Shown: positions 1 to 10,700 of the stretch, one piece after another
Layout of the letters: every line of letters starts with the position of its first letter
How positions within the stretch are numbered: the stretch's first letter is position 1
Source of the DNA: a candidate division FCPU426 bacterium
Lineage (GTDB): Bacteria > Oederibacteriota > Muellerivitia > Muellerivitales > Muellerivitaceae
DNA length: 64,000 nucleotides
Assembly (NCBI GenBank): GCA_963738405.1
Contig: CAVTWJ010000009.1
Location: forward strand, 4,793-68,792
Direction: 5' to 3'
Notes under the pieces: model-generated
Database searches by the model: none
Told to the model about the DNA's origin: nothing
Seen by the model: the letters and a program-made list of their open reading frames with translations, nothing else
Position numbers and translations under genes: made by a program

Positions 1-10
1 CGCGGCCGCG

Positions 11-1000
11 GTGGCCTCGACGCGGTTTGCGCCGCTGCCCGGGCTTGCCGCAACCGGGGAGCAGCGGCTGCGGGCGGGCCAGGTGGGTGAGCTGCATGAG
101 GTGTACGGGGGATTGGGGTCGGGGCGGCTGGTGATCGCGGGCGGCCCCGGATCGGGGAAGAGCAGCGCGGCTGTACTGCTGATCCTGGCCGCCCTGCGCT
201 ACCGGCGGAGCGTCGCGGAGAAGGTCCGGCCCGAGGTGCCGGTGCCGGTGATGTTCACCTTGCAGGGGTGGGACCCCGGCACTCAGCGGGTTCGGGACTG
301 GCTGGCTGAGCGCCTGTGGCGGACCTACCCGCTGTTCGCGGGCAAGCAAGGGGCAGGGGCGGCACGTGACATGCTCGATGAGGGCCGGATCGCGGTGATC
401 CTGGACGGGCTGGATGAGATCCCTGAGGATCTGCGGCCAGCCGTGCTGCGGGCGCTTAGCCAGCAGGCAACCTTCCGGCTGGTCCTTTTGACCCGCAGCG
501 CCGAGATGGCTGATGCCGCGGCCCGGGCCATGCTGCAGGGCGCGGCGGCCATCGAGTTGCAAGACATCGACCCGGGTACCGCCGCCGGTTACCTCACCCG
601 CACCCAGCTCGACCCCCCGCCGCAAGGCTGGCATGAGCTGACCAGCCGCCTGCGGTTGGAACCGGGCAGCCCGCTGGCGCCGGCCTTGAACAACCCGCTG
701 ATGCTCACCCTGGTCCGCGACACCTACCACGCCGGAGACGACGCAGGTGAGCTCCTCGGCTTGCGCGGCGCGGCCGGGCAGCCCGCCTCGAGCGGGGACA
801 TCACCGGCTATCTCCTGGACCGGGTACTGCCCGCCGCCTATACCCAGCAGCCGGGCGAACCACCGCCCCGCTATGACCTGCTGACCGCGGAACGCGCGCT
901 GCGGTGCATCGCCGCGCGGATGAACACAGACGGCACCCGGGACCTGCGATGGTGGCACGTTCCTGCCTGGGCCCATGCCGCCCCTCGCGTCATCGCGACC
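11..1000 (+). CDS. NACHT/STAND-type P-loop NTPase, N-terminal NTPase portion; downstream frame degenerates into repeats/frameshifts (fragments continue in ORFs 975-1451 and 1509-1943)
   Basis: Walker A GGPGSGKSS and Walker B VILDGLDEI in the translated ORF. GC about 70% with strong GC3 bias. From about nt 1000 the protein becomes low-complexity, and other frames carry GLVxGLVx hydrophobic segments and a YQFRHARLQDRL-type motif. Confidence 0.5.
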
Positions 1001-1429
1001 TGGCTCGGCGCCGTATTCGCGGCCGGGATCGCGGCCACGATCGCAGGGGGATCGCGCTCGCCTCCGTGGCCGGGCGCGGGCGGGGATAGCGGACGGGATC
1101 GCGGTCGGGCTCGTGGCCGGGATAGCGGCCGGGATAGCGTTCGGGCGGGGAAACAAGATCCCCAAACGGATGGCGCCCGTGCGGTGGCGACAACTTTTTC
1201 GACGCAGGCCGGTTGTGGTGGGCGTCCTGGCCGGGCTCGTGGCCTGGCTCGCTGTTCGGGTTCGCGGGCGGGCAGGCCGCGGGCTGCGCGGGCGGGCTCG
1301 AGCCCGGGGTCGTGGTCGGGACTTGTGGCCTGGCTTGGGGCCGGGGTTGTCACCGGGATGTCCCGGCCAGGAACTGACAACATCAGTCCCCTTAGTCCAC
1401 TCTCCTCATGGCGCAGTGATCGAGCGTTC

Positions 1430-1612
1430 GGGCTCGTGGTCGGGTTCGTAGTCGGGCTCGTGGTCGGGCTCGGCGTTCGGGTTCGTCGGCTCGGGCTCGG
1501 GTTCGATCGTGGGCGAGTCCCTGTTCGGGCTCACGAGCGGGCTCGTGGCCGGGCTCGTGGGCGGGCTCGTGGTCGGGCTCGTGGCCGGGCTCGCGGTCGG
1601 GCTCGTGTATCC
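1430..1612 (+). repeat. 12-nt tandem repeat (GGGCTCGTGGYC)n, about 15 units, encoding (G-L-V-x)n hydrophobic repeats; related degenerate copies at 1096-1320
   Basis: Direct reading of the sequence gggctcgtggtcgggctcgtggccgggctcgcggtc... In the 1509-1943 frame it translates to GLVAGLVGGLVVGLVAGLAVGLV. Confidence 0.7.
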
Positions 1613-1935
1613 CCAGTCGTGGTCATCCTCCCTCGCGTTTGCACAGCTCGCTGCATCTGACCGGACTCCGGTTCGCCTCATGCGGTTCCTCGAAGACGCC
1701 CGCAGCCGCAACGTCTTGCGCACGGTCGGGCCGGTCTACCAGTTCCGCCACGCCCGCCTGCAAGACCGCCTGGCCGCCCAGGAATCGGCAACTGGAAAGG
1801 GGCCCGGCAAGCCCGGCCTAGCGGCAGGAGGCGCCATGTTCACCATGATCACTCTACGCTGCCCCGGGGGAAGCGGAGACATGTCGAGCGGTCCGCCAAT
1901 GCTATCGAATATCGAGAATCCGACATTCCCATACT

Positions 1936-3883
1936 TCAACTGAAGCGTGGTAAGATTAAATGTGGTTTGCCCCAAATTATAAAGCGTGTCGTATGCGACG
2001 TTTGAGAGCCCCACTGATCCAGCACGCCAAGATTATTAAGCGGCGGCTTGATGCTATCGATCTGCGGCTTATAGATACTGGTGACGACCGTGAGGTTTCC
2101 TGCTACGTCATAGATATCCATTATCAGCTCTGCGGGTTTTGTCGGATCGGTGGGATACATCCAATAATCGCTGGTATCGATTCCGGCGCCTTCGATAAAG
2201 TTTGGATCGATGATATAGGACATATTATAGGAGGTATCTGCCTGGATCGCAGAAAGTAAGGACTGCTGGTTAACTCCATCCGGCAGGAGACCGGAATCGC
2301 TCACATGTACATAGGCATTCAAACACTCACCAACGGTATCGACTTTCGGCGCCACGGTATCCGGCGAGTGAAATGTACCGGTTGCGAACGGTCCAGACCA
2401 GTGCGTAGGACTCGTCATATCCATAACCATAGACATATACCCCACGCCATCCGTATCGCCATTGATAATATGCGCGCCCGGAGCGATCTGCGGAATGTTA
2501 AAGATCTCGAAGGTATCGTCAATGCACTGGCTCGTCTTGCCTAAAATGCTTTGGCCATCGAACTTCGTATTCTTCTCATCGTTCACATTGATAATGATAT
2601 TCGCATAGTTCACGTAAGGAACGATATTACCGACGCTTTGCGGCGTTTGGAAGAGCACGGTCTTGGTAAATTGCTCTTTCGGATTGATAACGCACTCGGC
2701 AGGATCGCCGAGGCCGTTGTTATGATCCGGATAGGTTGAGCTATTGATGTACCATACACAGAGGAACGGTTCTTTGCTCCAGAATTTTTGACCGAGTTCA
2801 AGCTCATCCCAATAGATACCGTATTGATTATCGATAATGCACTCGGTATGCTGGCCGGTTTGGCAATCCTGACGATAGATCGTCTGTCCTGGCACGGAAG
2901 AAATGAAGAGATACCGCGCAAAATCATGGCCCGGCATTCCCGGCGGCTGGATGGGGTTCGTGGCGTAATAGGTTTCTGCCCAGGTACGAATCGGGGGGAG
3001 CATATCCTCGACGTGATCGCAATAAGGGAAGTCGGCAGGGATATTCGGACAGCCCGATCCGCCGGAAACACCGACGGGCTGGTTCGAATGGACGATCGTG
3101 CCGGTCATATCGAAATTATCGCCATCGGATGCGCGAACCGGCATCATCTGAACATCTTGTCCGCGGTTAAGCGTGAAGATGCCGGTTGCCCTTGTGGATA
3201 CACTACGATGCCTGAATTGGCATCGCCACTGACGTTTCCAGACGTGCATTGACGGCAATCGCACGAAGGGGTGATGGTGACCTGCGTATTATCCTGATCT
3301 GCGGTGATCGACCATCGTCGATGGAAGATCGTAGACATACGTGCCGAATCCCTCGAAGAGCGAACCATAGGCTCCGCAAACGTAATCGGTACCCCAGCCG
3401 ATCGTGGGAATGATATAGGAACCGTCCGACGTGTACGGATTGTGGGACATATCATAGACTGTGATGTCCGCCGTTGGCGAATACACATGAATCGCTTTGT
3501 TTTCTACTTCACCGCTCGACTCCAGCTCCCAGAATTCCGGGATCTTGAAGCTGCCGATCTTATACGCCTGGATCGGAACGGGTAGTTCTGCTGCCGTTCG
3601 ACTCGACGAAGGCCGTGCAGTTTTCGGCGGACGTGATATAAATACGCATGTATTTACCGCCCAAGTCCTCGCCCCAGTAATTGGACATCATGGAGAACCA
3701 GAAATCGCGGCCGGAATGCGGCGGATGCTGCGGGTTCTTGACGATCGTGTGATGGATCAGCGCATTCTGTGCCGATACCGTGCCGCTTGGAAGCAGCACC
3801 ACCGAGCAAAGGACGACAAGCGCCGCCCAGAATGCCGCACGGATCTTCAAAGACGAAGAAACGAAAGAGTTAGAATGTGTCAT
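1936..3883 (-). pseudogene. secreted protein gene disrupted by at least two frameshifts (pieces 3560-3883, 3289-3486/3144-3488, 1936-3264); function unknown
   Basis: The N-terminal piece has a signal peptide (MTHSNSFVSSSLKIRAAFWAALVVLCSVVLLPSGTVSA). Three consecutive minus-strand ORFs in different frames tile the region without gaps. GC about 47%. Confidence 0.45.
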
Positions 3884-4268
3884 GGTCTTATTTGAAAAAG
3901 AAAACAACGAATAAATAAGCAGAAGTTGTAAGTAAAACCTAATTCCGATGCCAGAAGTAGCTGCGATTAAGTGCAACCGCCAAAAGCATGTTTTGATTCA
4001 TGGGGTCCGGAAAACCGATTGCGTAATCTTAGTTTGAAAGCTATTTTGCTCCCAAATGAAAGATCGCATTCTATAAGACCCAATAATCTCTGTTGAAATT
4101 ACCAGATCTCGGCTCTTGCCGAATCCCTCCTAATGTTTAAAACGCGCTGGGTCGCTCGGGTTACAAAAAAAAATTATGAATAATTTTACAGTGGCATCGT
4201 ATTTTTCATGAAAGCCTTAAAGAAAAGTACATTTTGCCACTTTTTCGCCATTATTGATACATTTGCAA

Positions 4269-6179
4269 TTATGGGTTCGAATCGAGAGGGGTTTCTACAA
4301 GAACCTGAACCGTCCTGTTATAGTACCTTCCTTCAGGAAGCTCGTTCGGATAGAGCGGCTGTGTTTTCCCATAGCCATGCGCAACCAGCGACTTAACTTT
4401 GCCCTTGATGTGCCCCGCAATATCCATCTTAACAGCATTTGCGCGGTTCGTCGAGAGCTTGGTATTGTAATCCTCGGTGCCTAAGATATCCGTGTAGCCA
4501 TTGACGGAAACATCCGAATTCGGCTGGATGCGATTATAAACGTAAGAATCCAAGATCTTGTGATTCCACTTGCCCATATCGGACTTGTTATAGGTGAAAA
4601 GGATAAGATTGTAAGTCTCACGGGTCTTATCGGCCAAATGCTCCGCAACAACGTTGCTAACGGAGAACTGCTTGACACTGATCTTATCGACATTGGAAGA
4701 AACCGTGCGGCCGGTCTTATCCGTGACATTGAGCTGAACGGACATCATATCCTCACCAGATGGAAGTTTGCCATCGGAGGAGCGCCAGTTATAACCATTG
4801 TAATCCATCTTCGATAGCGATCCAAGATCGGTGATCTCCGCCCATTTCTTGCCTTGATAACCAATCTCCAGTGCACGGCTTTGGATCGTCTCGTCTCGGA
4901 GTCCGTTCTCCCATTTGAATCCCCCTGTCGGCGCATCGGGGCGCTTCACATTGCTGTTGTGCAACACAGGATGAATGATCTCCCATGAATCGCTCGTAAG
5001 CTCTACGCGGCGATTCTCAGCAATGCCTTCGGGAGTAGTTGGAAGTGTTGGGCTTTCCGGAAGTTTGCGTGCTTCAACGGAAATGCGTTCTGGATTAATA
5101 CCCCAGATCTCGACCAGATATTTCTTGACCGATTCTGCGCGCTGGCGGGAAAGATCGATCGACATCTCATTATCGACATCCTGCGAGTTCGTACCCGTCA
5201 GGCCGATCTTCGTATCCGGATTGTTCCGCATCCGAAGTCCAACGATATTAAGATAATTATAGTAAGCATTTAACGTACCGCTGATCGTATCTTCCGTGAA
5301 ACCCTTCGTCTGATCCGGGCTGGTAAACATCACATATCGCGATGGGAGCGTGCCAGTTCCAGCATCGTAGAACACCATCGGCAGCAGTGCATACAAATCG
5401 ATCGTCTTTTGCTCGCGAATGATAACGCCTTTGAAATTCGGGAAAAGCGAGGGTTTTTCCTTGACGAGCTGAGGATCCTGAGTCACCCAATGCACGACCG
5501 GTGGATTCTCGTTATTCATCGGAATATCGTGTGTGATGCTGCGGGAGGAATCGTTGCGCAACGGGATCACTTCCGAGGTCGGGCCATAATTAAAGTGGTT
5601 CGATTCTGTCGCGCTAATGATATAGGTACCCCCAAGGTTGCCATCGGCATCGCTCGGAAGAATAGCAAGATACTCTCCAGTGGAGCTGTTCGTAGTCTTA
5701 TTATAGATCGTGTCCTTCGTGCGCGAATCGATAATTACGACGTGCGCGGTCAGGTTCTCCTTTGTATTGATATCATACGCACGACCATGCAGCACAAGGG
5801 TTGGCTTGGGCGCCGGAGGATTTGTTGCAACATATACATCGAGCTTGCCACTTCCGCCAGGGCGGCTGCTGCTGAAAAAGAGTACGTTACCGGAGGCCGG
5901 AACAGAAAGAAAGAAATCGTCAGAAGGAGAATTGATCGGAGCAGGAAGCCGAACGGGGGTGGTCCAATCTGTATCGCTGGGTCCTTTCCATTCCGATTGA
6001 TAAATATCCAGCCCGCCAAGTCCAGGATGATTAGGATCGCGGCTGGGGGCATCAGATGCAAAATAGAGCGTCGTACCATCGGCTGCCATAAATGGGGATC
6101 CTTCATAGCCACCGGTATTTATCTTCGTACCAAGATTAACGGGGTCACTCCAGCGACCATCGGGAACACTTAGACGACA
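4269..6179 (-). CDS. OmpA-family protein with PD40/TolB-like beta-propeller repeats, 5'-truncated (frame stays open up to the composition junction at about 6180)
   Basis: C-terminal OmpA-like domain (NGYTDILGTEDYNTKLSTNRANAVK...RTVQVLVE). N-terminal PD40-like repeats (DGTTLYFASD, LDIYQSEW, GKLDVYVA). No signal peptide or start context; the in-frame ORF runs to about 6179, just before a stop. Confidence 0.6.
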   Translation of the reverse strand, partial: CRLSVPDGRWSDPVNLGTKINTGGYEGSPFMAADGTTLYFASDAPSRDPNHPGLGGLDIYQSEWKGPSDTDWTTPVRLPAPINSPSDDFFLSVPASGNVLFFSSSRPGGSGKLDVYVATNPPAPKPTLVLHGRAYDINTKENLTAHVVIIDSRTKDTIYNKTTNSSTGEYLAILPSDADGNLGGTYIISATESNHFNYGPTSEVIPLRNDSSRSITHDIPMNNENPPVVHWVTQDPQLVKEKPSLFPNFKGVIIREQKTIDLYALLPMVFYDAGTGTLPSRYVMFTSPDQTKGFTEDTISGTLNAYYNYLNIVGLRMRNNPDTKIGLTGTNSQDVDNEMSIDLSRQRAESVKKYLVEIWGINPERISVEARKLPESPTLPTTPEGIAENRRVELTSDSWEIIHPVLHNSNVKRPDAPTGGFKWENGLRDETIQSRALEIGYQGKKWAEITDLGSLSKMDYNGYNWRSSDGKLPSGEDMMSVQLNVTDKTGRTVSSNVDKISVKQFSVSNVVAEHLADKTRETYNLILFTYNKSDMGKWNHKILDSYVYNRIQPNSDVSVNGYTDILGTEDYNTKLSTNRANAVKMDIAGHIKGKVKSLVAHGYGKTQPLYPNELPEGRYYNRTVQVLVETPLDSNP

Positions 6180-6211
6180 TCAACCTGACCTACGCTCCCC
6201 AGCTGGTTAAT

Positions 6212-7285
6212 TTTTTCGGAGGCAACAGTTCCGCCTTCTTAAATTCTTACTATCAAATCAGCCCTGTGGTCTCCCTGTCAGTCCCCCTCTTCAAGGATTT
6301 CGGAGGCGCCCAAACCAATGCCGGGGTGAAGGCCGTCCAGTACGGCTTGGAATCGGCGCAAAAACTTTCGGCCTTCCAGCGCGAAGGCGTCCTCTATAAC
6401 GCCAAGGTCGCCTATTGGAACCTGGCCCTCACCCGGGAAGAAGTGGATATCCGCCAAGACACCCTGGACCGCAGCCAAAAGATATGGGACTGGACCAAAC
6501 GCCGGGTCGCGCGCAACCTGGCCGACCCCCCGGATGCCCTGCAGGCCGAGGCCTCGGTGCGGGAAGCAGAGCTTGATTTACAAACCGCCGAAAACCGCGA
6601 GCGCTCTGCCCGGCTGGCCTTTAACCGTTTCCGCAACGGCGCCACCGAGGATGTGCCCGAACAGCTGGAGGCCCTGGAAGATTCGCTGACCCTGGTGAAG
6701 GTGGATTTTCCCGCCGACTTACCCCAGCGCATCGACCTTCAGGCTGTGGAGGCCCAAACCCGCCAGGCTAAGGCCACCTACGACGAAACCTACCAGAACA
6801 TTTACCCCGACATCACGGCCATCGCCTCCTGGCGGGGCAACGGCTTGGATCCCAATTTTTCCAACGCCAACACCACCGCTTTCGGCACCGACCATCCCAC
6901 CTGGATGCTGGGGGCGCAGTTCAACCTGTCGCTGGATGTCTTCACGGCGCAGCGCACCGCCGAAGGCTACCAGAAGGAATACGAAAGCTCTCTCCTCACC
7001 CTCAAGGACAAAAAACTGGAAGTGGACCAGGACTGGCGGGATATCCAGGCCAGGCTGGTCGATGTGGATAAGCGCCTGGCCATGTCCACCGATATCGAGG
7101 CCCTTCAAAAGCAAAACGCGGACGAGGAAAAACAACAGCTCGACCTGGGACGAACCACCCAGTTCCAGCTTCTCTCCATCGAGAACCAATATTCGCTGGC
7201 GCGGCTTAGCCGGCTCTCATTGGTTGCTGAAAAGCTGGGGCTCCTGGCCCAGGCCCAATGGTGGCTTACCAAGGAAAAGGAATAG
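6212..7285 (+). pseudogene. TolC-family outer-membrane efflux protein, 5'-truncated (about the C-terminal 355 codons only)
   Basis: Coiled-coil/beta-barrel repeat typical of outer-membrane factor proteins (LQAEASVREAELDLQTAENRERSARL, LLSIENQYSLARL). No signal peptide or N-terminal repeat. The frame is open from the stop at about 6209-6211. Confidence 0.6.
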
Positions 7286-7303
7286 AAAAAAGAGGAAGTT
7301 GAC

Positions 7304-7732
7304 GTCATTGCGAGGAGCCATGCCGATAGGCATGGTTGGCGACGTGGCAATCTCAGGTTTTAGGGCTTGGGCCGGGATTAAACATGGATAAAAACGGATA
7401 CGTTTATATTCTTGCCAACAAAAACAACACGACCCTTTATACAGGGGTCACTAACGATCTAAAACGCAGAGTTTATGAACACAAAGAGAAGCTGTTTGAA
7501 GGTTTTTCGAAAAAGTTTAACTTAACGAAGTTGGTTTATTACGAAGTTTTGGACGGCATGTTGGAAGCCATTGAAAGAGAAAAACAGATTAAAAAATATT
7601 CCAGGATAAGGAAGATTGAGCTGATTCGGATTAAGAATGAAACGTGGAAGGATTTGTATGAAGGGTTATAGAAGCACAACTAAGATTGCAACGTCGCTAA
7701 ACGCACCTATCGGTGCAGCTCCTCGCAATGAC
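7304..7732. mobile_element. small palindromic element with about 50-bp terminal inverted repeats carrying a GIY-YIG nuclease gene (MITE-like family, copy A)
   Basis: Left arm GTCATTGCGAGGAGCCATGCCGATAGGCATGGTTGGCGACGTGGCAATCTCAGG (7304-7357). Right arm AGATTGCAACGTCGCTAAACGCACCTATCGGTGCAGCTCCTCGCAATGAC (7683-7732) is its reverse complement with few mismatches. Confidence 0.75.
7384..7671 (+). CDS. GIY-YIG nuclease superfamily protein (YhbQ/UPF0213-like)
   Basis: MDKNGYVYILANKNNTTLYTGVTNDLKRRVYEHK matches the GIY-YIG core (YVYIL...LYTG.T.DL.RR..EH). The ORF-track start at 7336 lies inside the left inverted repeat, so the ATG at 7384 is preferred. Confidence 0.75.
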   Translation: MDKNGYVYILANKNNTTLYTGVTNDLKRRVYEHKEKLFEGFSKKFNLTKLVYYEVLDGMLEAIEREKQIKKYSRIRKIELIRIKNETWKDLYEGL

Positions 7733-7749
7733 AAAATGAGGCAAGGAAA

Positions 7750-10700
7750 ATGAACCTTCCCAAACTCGCCATCGAGCGCCCGGTTTTCATGAGCTGTGTG
7801 GTCATCCTCATCATGGTGCTGGGGATCATGGGCTACCGCTCACTCGGCGTGGATCTCTTCCCTGACGTGTCATTCCCCTTCGTCTTCGTGACGGTTCCTT
7901 ATCAAGGCGCCAGCCCCGAAGAAATCGAAAGCCAAATTTCCAAGCCGCTTGAAGACGAGCTTAGCTCCATTCAGGGAGTCAAAAAGGTCATGTCCACCAA
8001 CCAGGAAGGCTTCGGGGTTGTGACGGTTCAGTTCACGCTGGAAACCGACGCCAAGGACGCCGAACAACAGGTGCGCGACCGGGTGGCCTTCGTGAGGCCC
8101 AAACTGCCCAAGGGCGTGGATGAACCCATCATCCGCCGCTTTGACCCTACTGACCAGGCGGTGGCCATCCTGAGCCTCCAGGCCCCGGGCCTAACGGATG
8201 CTGAAATTTACGACCTGGCGGACCAGTACATCAAACCGAGACTCGCCGAGGTTCCCGGCGTGGGGGTCGTTAATATCATCGGGGGGCACAAGAGGGAAAT
8301 TCAGGTTCAGCTGGACCGCGCCCAGCTCAACCGCTACCGCTTAAGCTCCGGCCAGGTGGCCGACAAAATCGGCTTGAACGGCATGAACGTGCCGGTGGGC
8401 AAGGTAGACCTGGGGGTGAGCGAGCTTCTGTTTCGCTCCGTGGGCGAATACAACGACCTGGATCGCATCAAACGCACGCCCGTCAACTTTTTCGGCTCCG
8501 ATGTTTCCGTGACCGTGGACAAACTGGGCCAGGTGGTCGACACGGTGGTCGACCCGGACAGCTTCAGCTTCGTCAACGGCAAGCCCACCCTGGTGCTGGA
8601 AGTTTATAAGCAGTCCAAAGCCAATACGGTGGCCGTGGTCGACGGCGCCTTGAAACAAATGAACACGATCAACGAGTACCTCAAAACGAAAACCGGCTCG
8701 CCTGAACTTTCCCTCATCCAGGAACTGGCCCGCCCGGTGCGCATGAACCTGAAGGATGTGCAGTTCACCATCATGCAGGGCATCATCCTGACCATCCTGG
8801 TGGTGCTCCTCTTCTTAGGCAGCTTCCGTTCCACCCTCATCACCATCACGTCCCTTCCGGTTTCCCTTCTCGGCGCCTTTTTTCTGATGAACACCCAGGG
8901 CTATACCCTGAACGTCATGACGCTTTTGGCCCTTTCCCTGGCGGTGGGGCTCTTGATCGACGATGCCATCGTGGTGCGGGAAAACATCTGGCGGCATATC
9001 GAGGAGGGCGTAGACCCTAAAAAAGCCGCCGTGGACGGCGCGATGGAAGTGGCACTCGCCGTCGTGGCCACCTCCTCGGTGATCATCGCGGTCTTTTTGC
9101 CCATCGCTTTCCTTAAAGGAATCGTGGGCCAGTTTTTTCGCGAGTTCGGTATGACGGTTTGTTTCGCCATGGCCATCTCCCTTTTCGAAGCCATGGTCAT
9201 GGGGCCTTTGCTTTCGGCCTATTGGGCCAAAAAAAGTGTTCCCGGAAAAGACGAGGTTCCCTTCATAAGCCCGATCCTCAAGAGCTTCGACCGATTCCAA
9301 ACCTTTTTAGAAGCGAAGTACGCGGTTCTCATCAATTGGTGTCTCGGGAACCGCAAGAAGGTGATCGGCTCGGCGGTTTTCCTTTTTATCTTCTCCATGG
9401 TGGGGCTGGGGCCCCACATCAAATTCACCTTCCTTCCCACGGCGGACGTGGGGGAATTCGTGGTGCTTTTGAAGGCGGCGCCCGGCACCTCGCTGGATGA
9501 AATGAAAACTATGACGGAAACCGCGGCGCAGGTGATTCAAAAACACCCCGAAGTGGTGGTGCTTTCCGGTTCCATCGGGGGAACCGACGCCTCGGGCGCC
9601 ACCTCGGGCGTCAACAAGGCGAGGCTCTATATCCGCCTCAAGCCCTATCAGGAGCGCAGCATCACGACCAGCCAGCTCATGGCCACCGTGCGAAAAGAAC
9701 TGGACCCCTACCGGGATTCCCTCCAGCCCCAGGTGGCGGAAGCGGGCGCCTTCGGGGACGCGGCGCCGTTTAATTTGAATTTGGTCGGGGAGGATTACGC
9801 CACCCTGATTCCCTTCGCAAGCCAAGTCGCGGATAAGATCCGGGAGGTGAAAGACCTGGCCGATGTGCAATCCACCTACGACGGGGGCAAGCCCGAGTTT
9901 CAGGCGGTGCTGGACCCGGAGCGCATGAAGGTGCTGGGGGTTTCCGGCGTGGACGCCGGGGAGGAACTGCGAACCCAAGTGGAAGGATTGGTGGCGGCCA
10001 AACTGCGCCAGCACGGGGAAGACTACGACATCCGGGTGCGTCTACAGGAAAACCAGCGCAACCTGGAACAGCAATACCCGGTCATCCTGGTGCCCAACCA
10101 AAACCATAACATGGTGCGCTTGTCTGAAATTTCCCACCCCGTCACCACCGAGGGCCCTTCCCGCATCGACCGGCAGGACCGCGCCCGCTACATCATGATC
10201 TCGGGCCAGTTGGCGCCCGGCGGCGCCTTGGGCGGGGCCATCGATAAGGCCAAGGACATCATGAAGAACATCCAGATGCCCCCCGGCGTCACCTACTCGT
10301 TCGTGGGCCAGGCCCAGGACCTGCAAGATTTGATGGTGAGCATGATGGAGGCGGTAGGTTTGGCCATTCTCTTTACCTACATGATCCTGGCCAGCCTCTA
10401 CGAATCGCCCATCATCCCCTTCACCATCATGCTGGCCATTCCGCTGGCGGTGGTGGGGGCCTTCTTCGCGCTCTTCATCGGGCAGATCTTTGTTCCAACC
10501 CTCTCGCTCAATATCTTCAGCATGATCGCCTTGATCATGCTTTTGGGGCTGGTGACGAAAAATTCAATCCTTCTCGTGGACTACACCCTTCAGATGATGC
10601 GAAAAGGCCACCCGAGGGATGAGGCCCTGAAGATGGCGGGCAAGGTGCGTCTGCGCCCCATCCTCATGACCACCTTCGCCCTCATTGCCGGGATGCTTCC

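Noticed and set aside
1430-1612. Possible CRISPR or non-coding tandem repeat
   Set aside because: The 12-nt unit is in-frame coding for (GLVx)n hydrophobic repeats within a high-GC ORF.
5409-6173. 254-aa plus-strand ORF
   Set aside because: It is antisense to the PD40/OmpA gene. It is Arg/Ile-rich with no motifs.
7336-7383. Longer GIY-YIG ORF starting at 7336 (MATWQSQVLGLGPGLN...)
   Set aside because: These codons lie inside the left terminal inverted repeat. The GIY-YIG core begins at the ATG at 7384, and the family is normally about 90-100 aa.
7304-7732. GIY-YIG gene as a group I intron homing endonuclease
   Set aside because: The element is intergenic and flanked by its own inverted repeats. 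No host gene is split by it and no intron-like structure is evident.
8341-10014. Several minus-strand ORFs (e.g. 8341-8658, 8815-9300, 9307-10014) inside the RND gene
   Set aside because: They are antisense to a full-length, motif-rich RND permease. Open antisense frames are typical of GC-rich DNA, and they carry no motifs.
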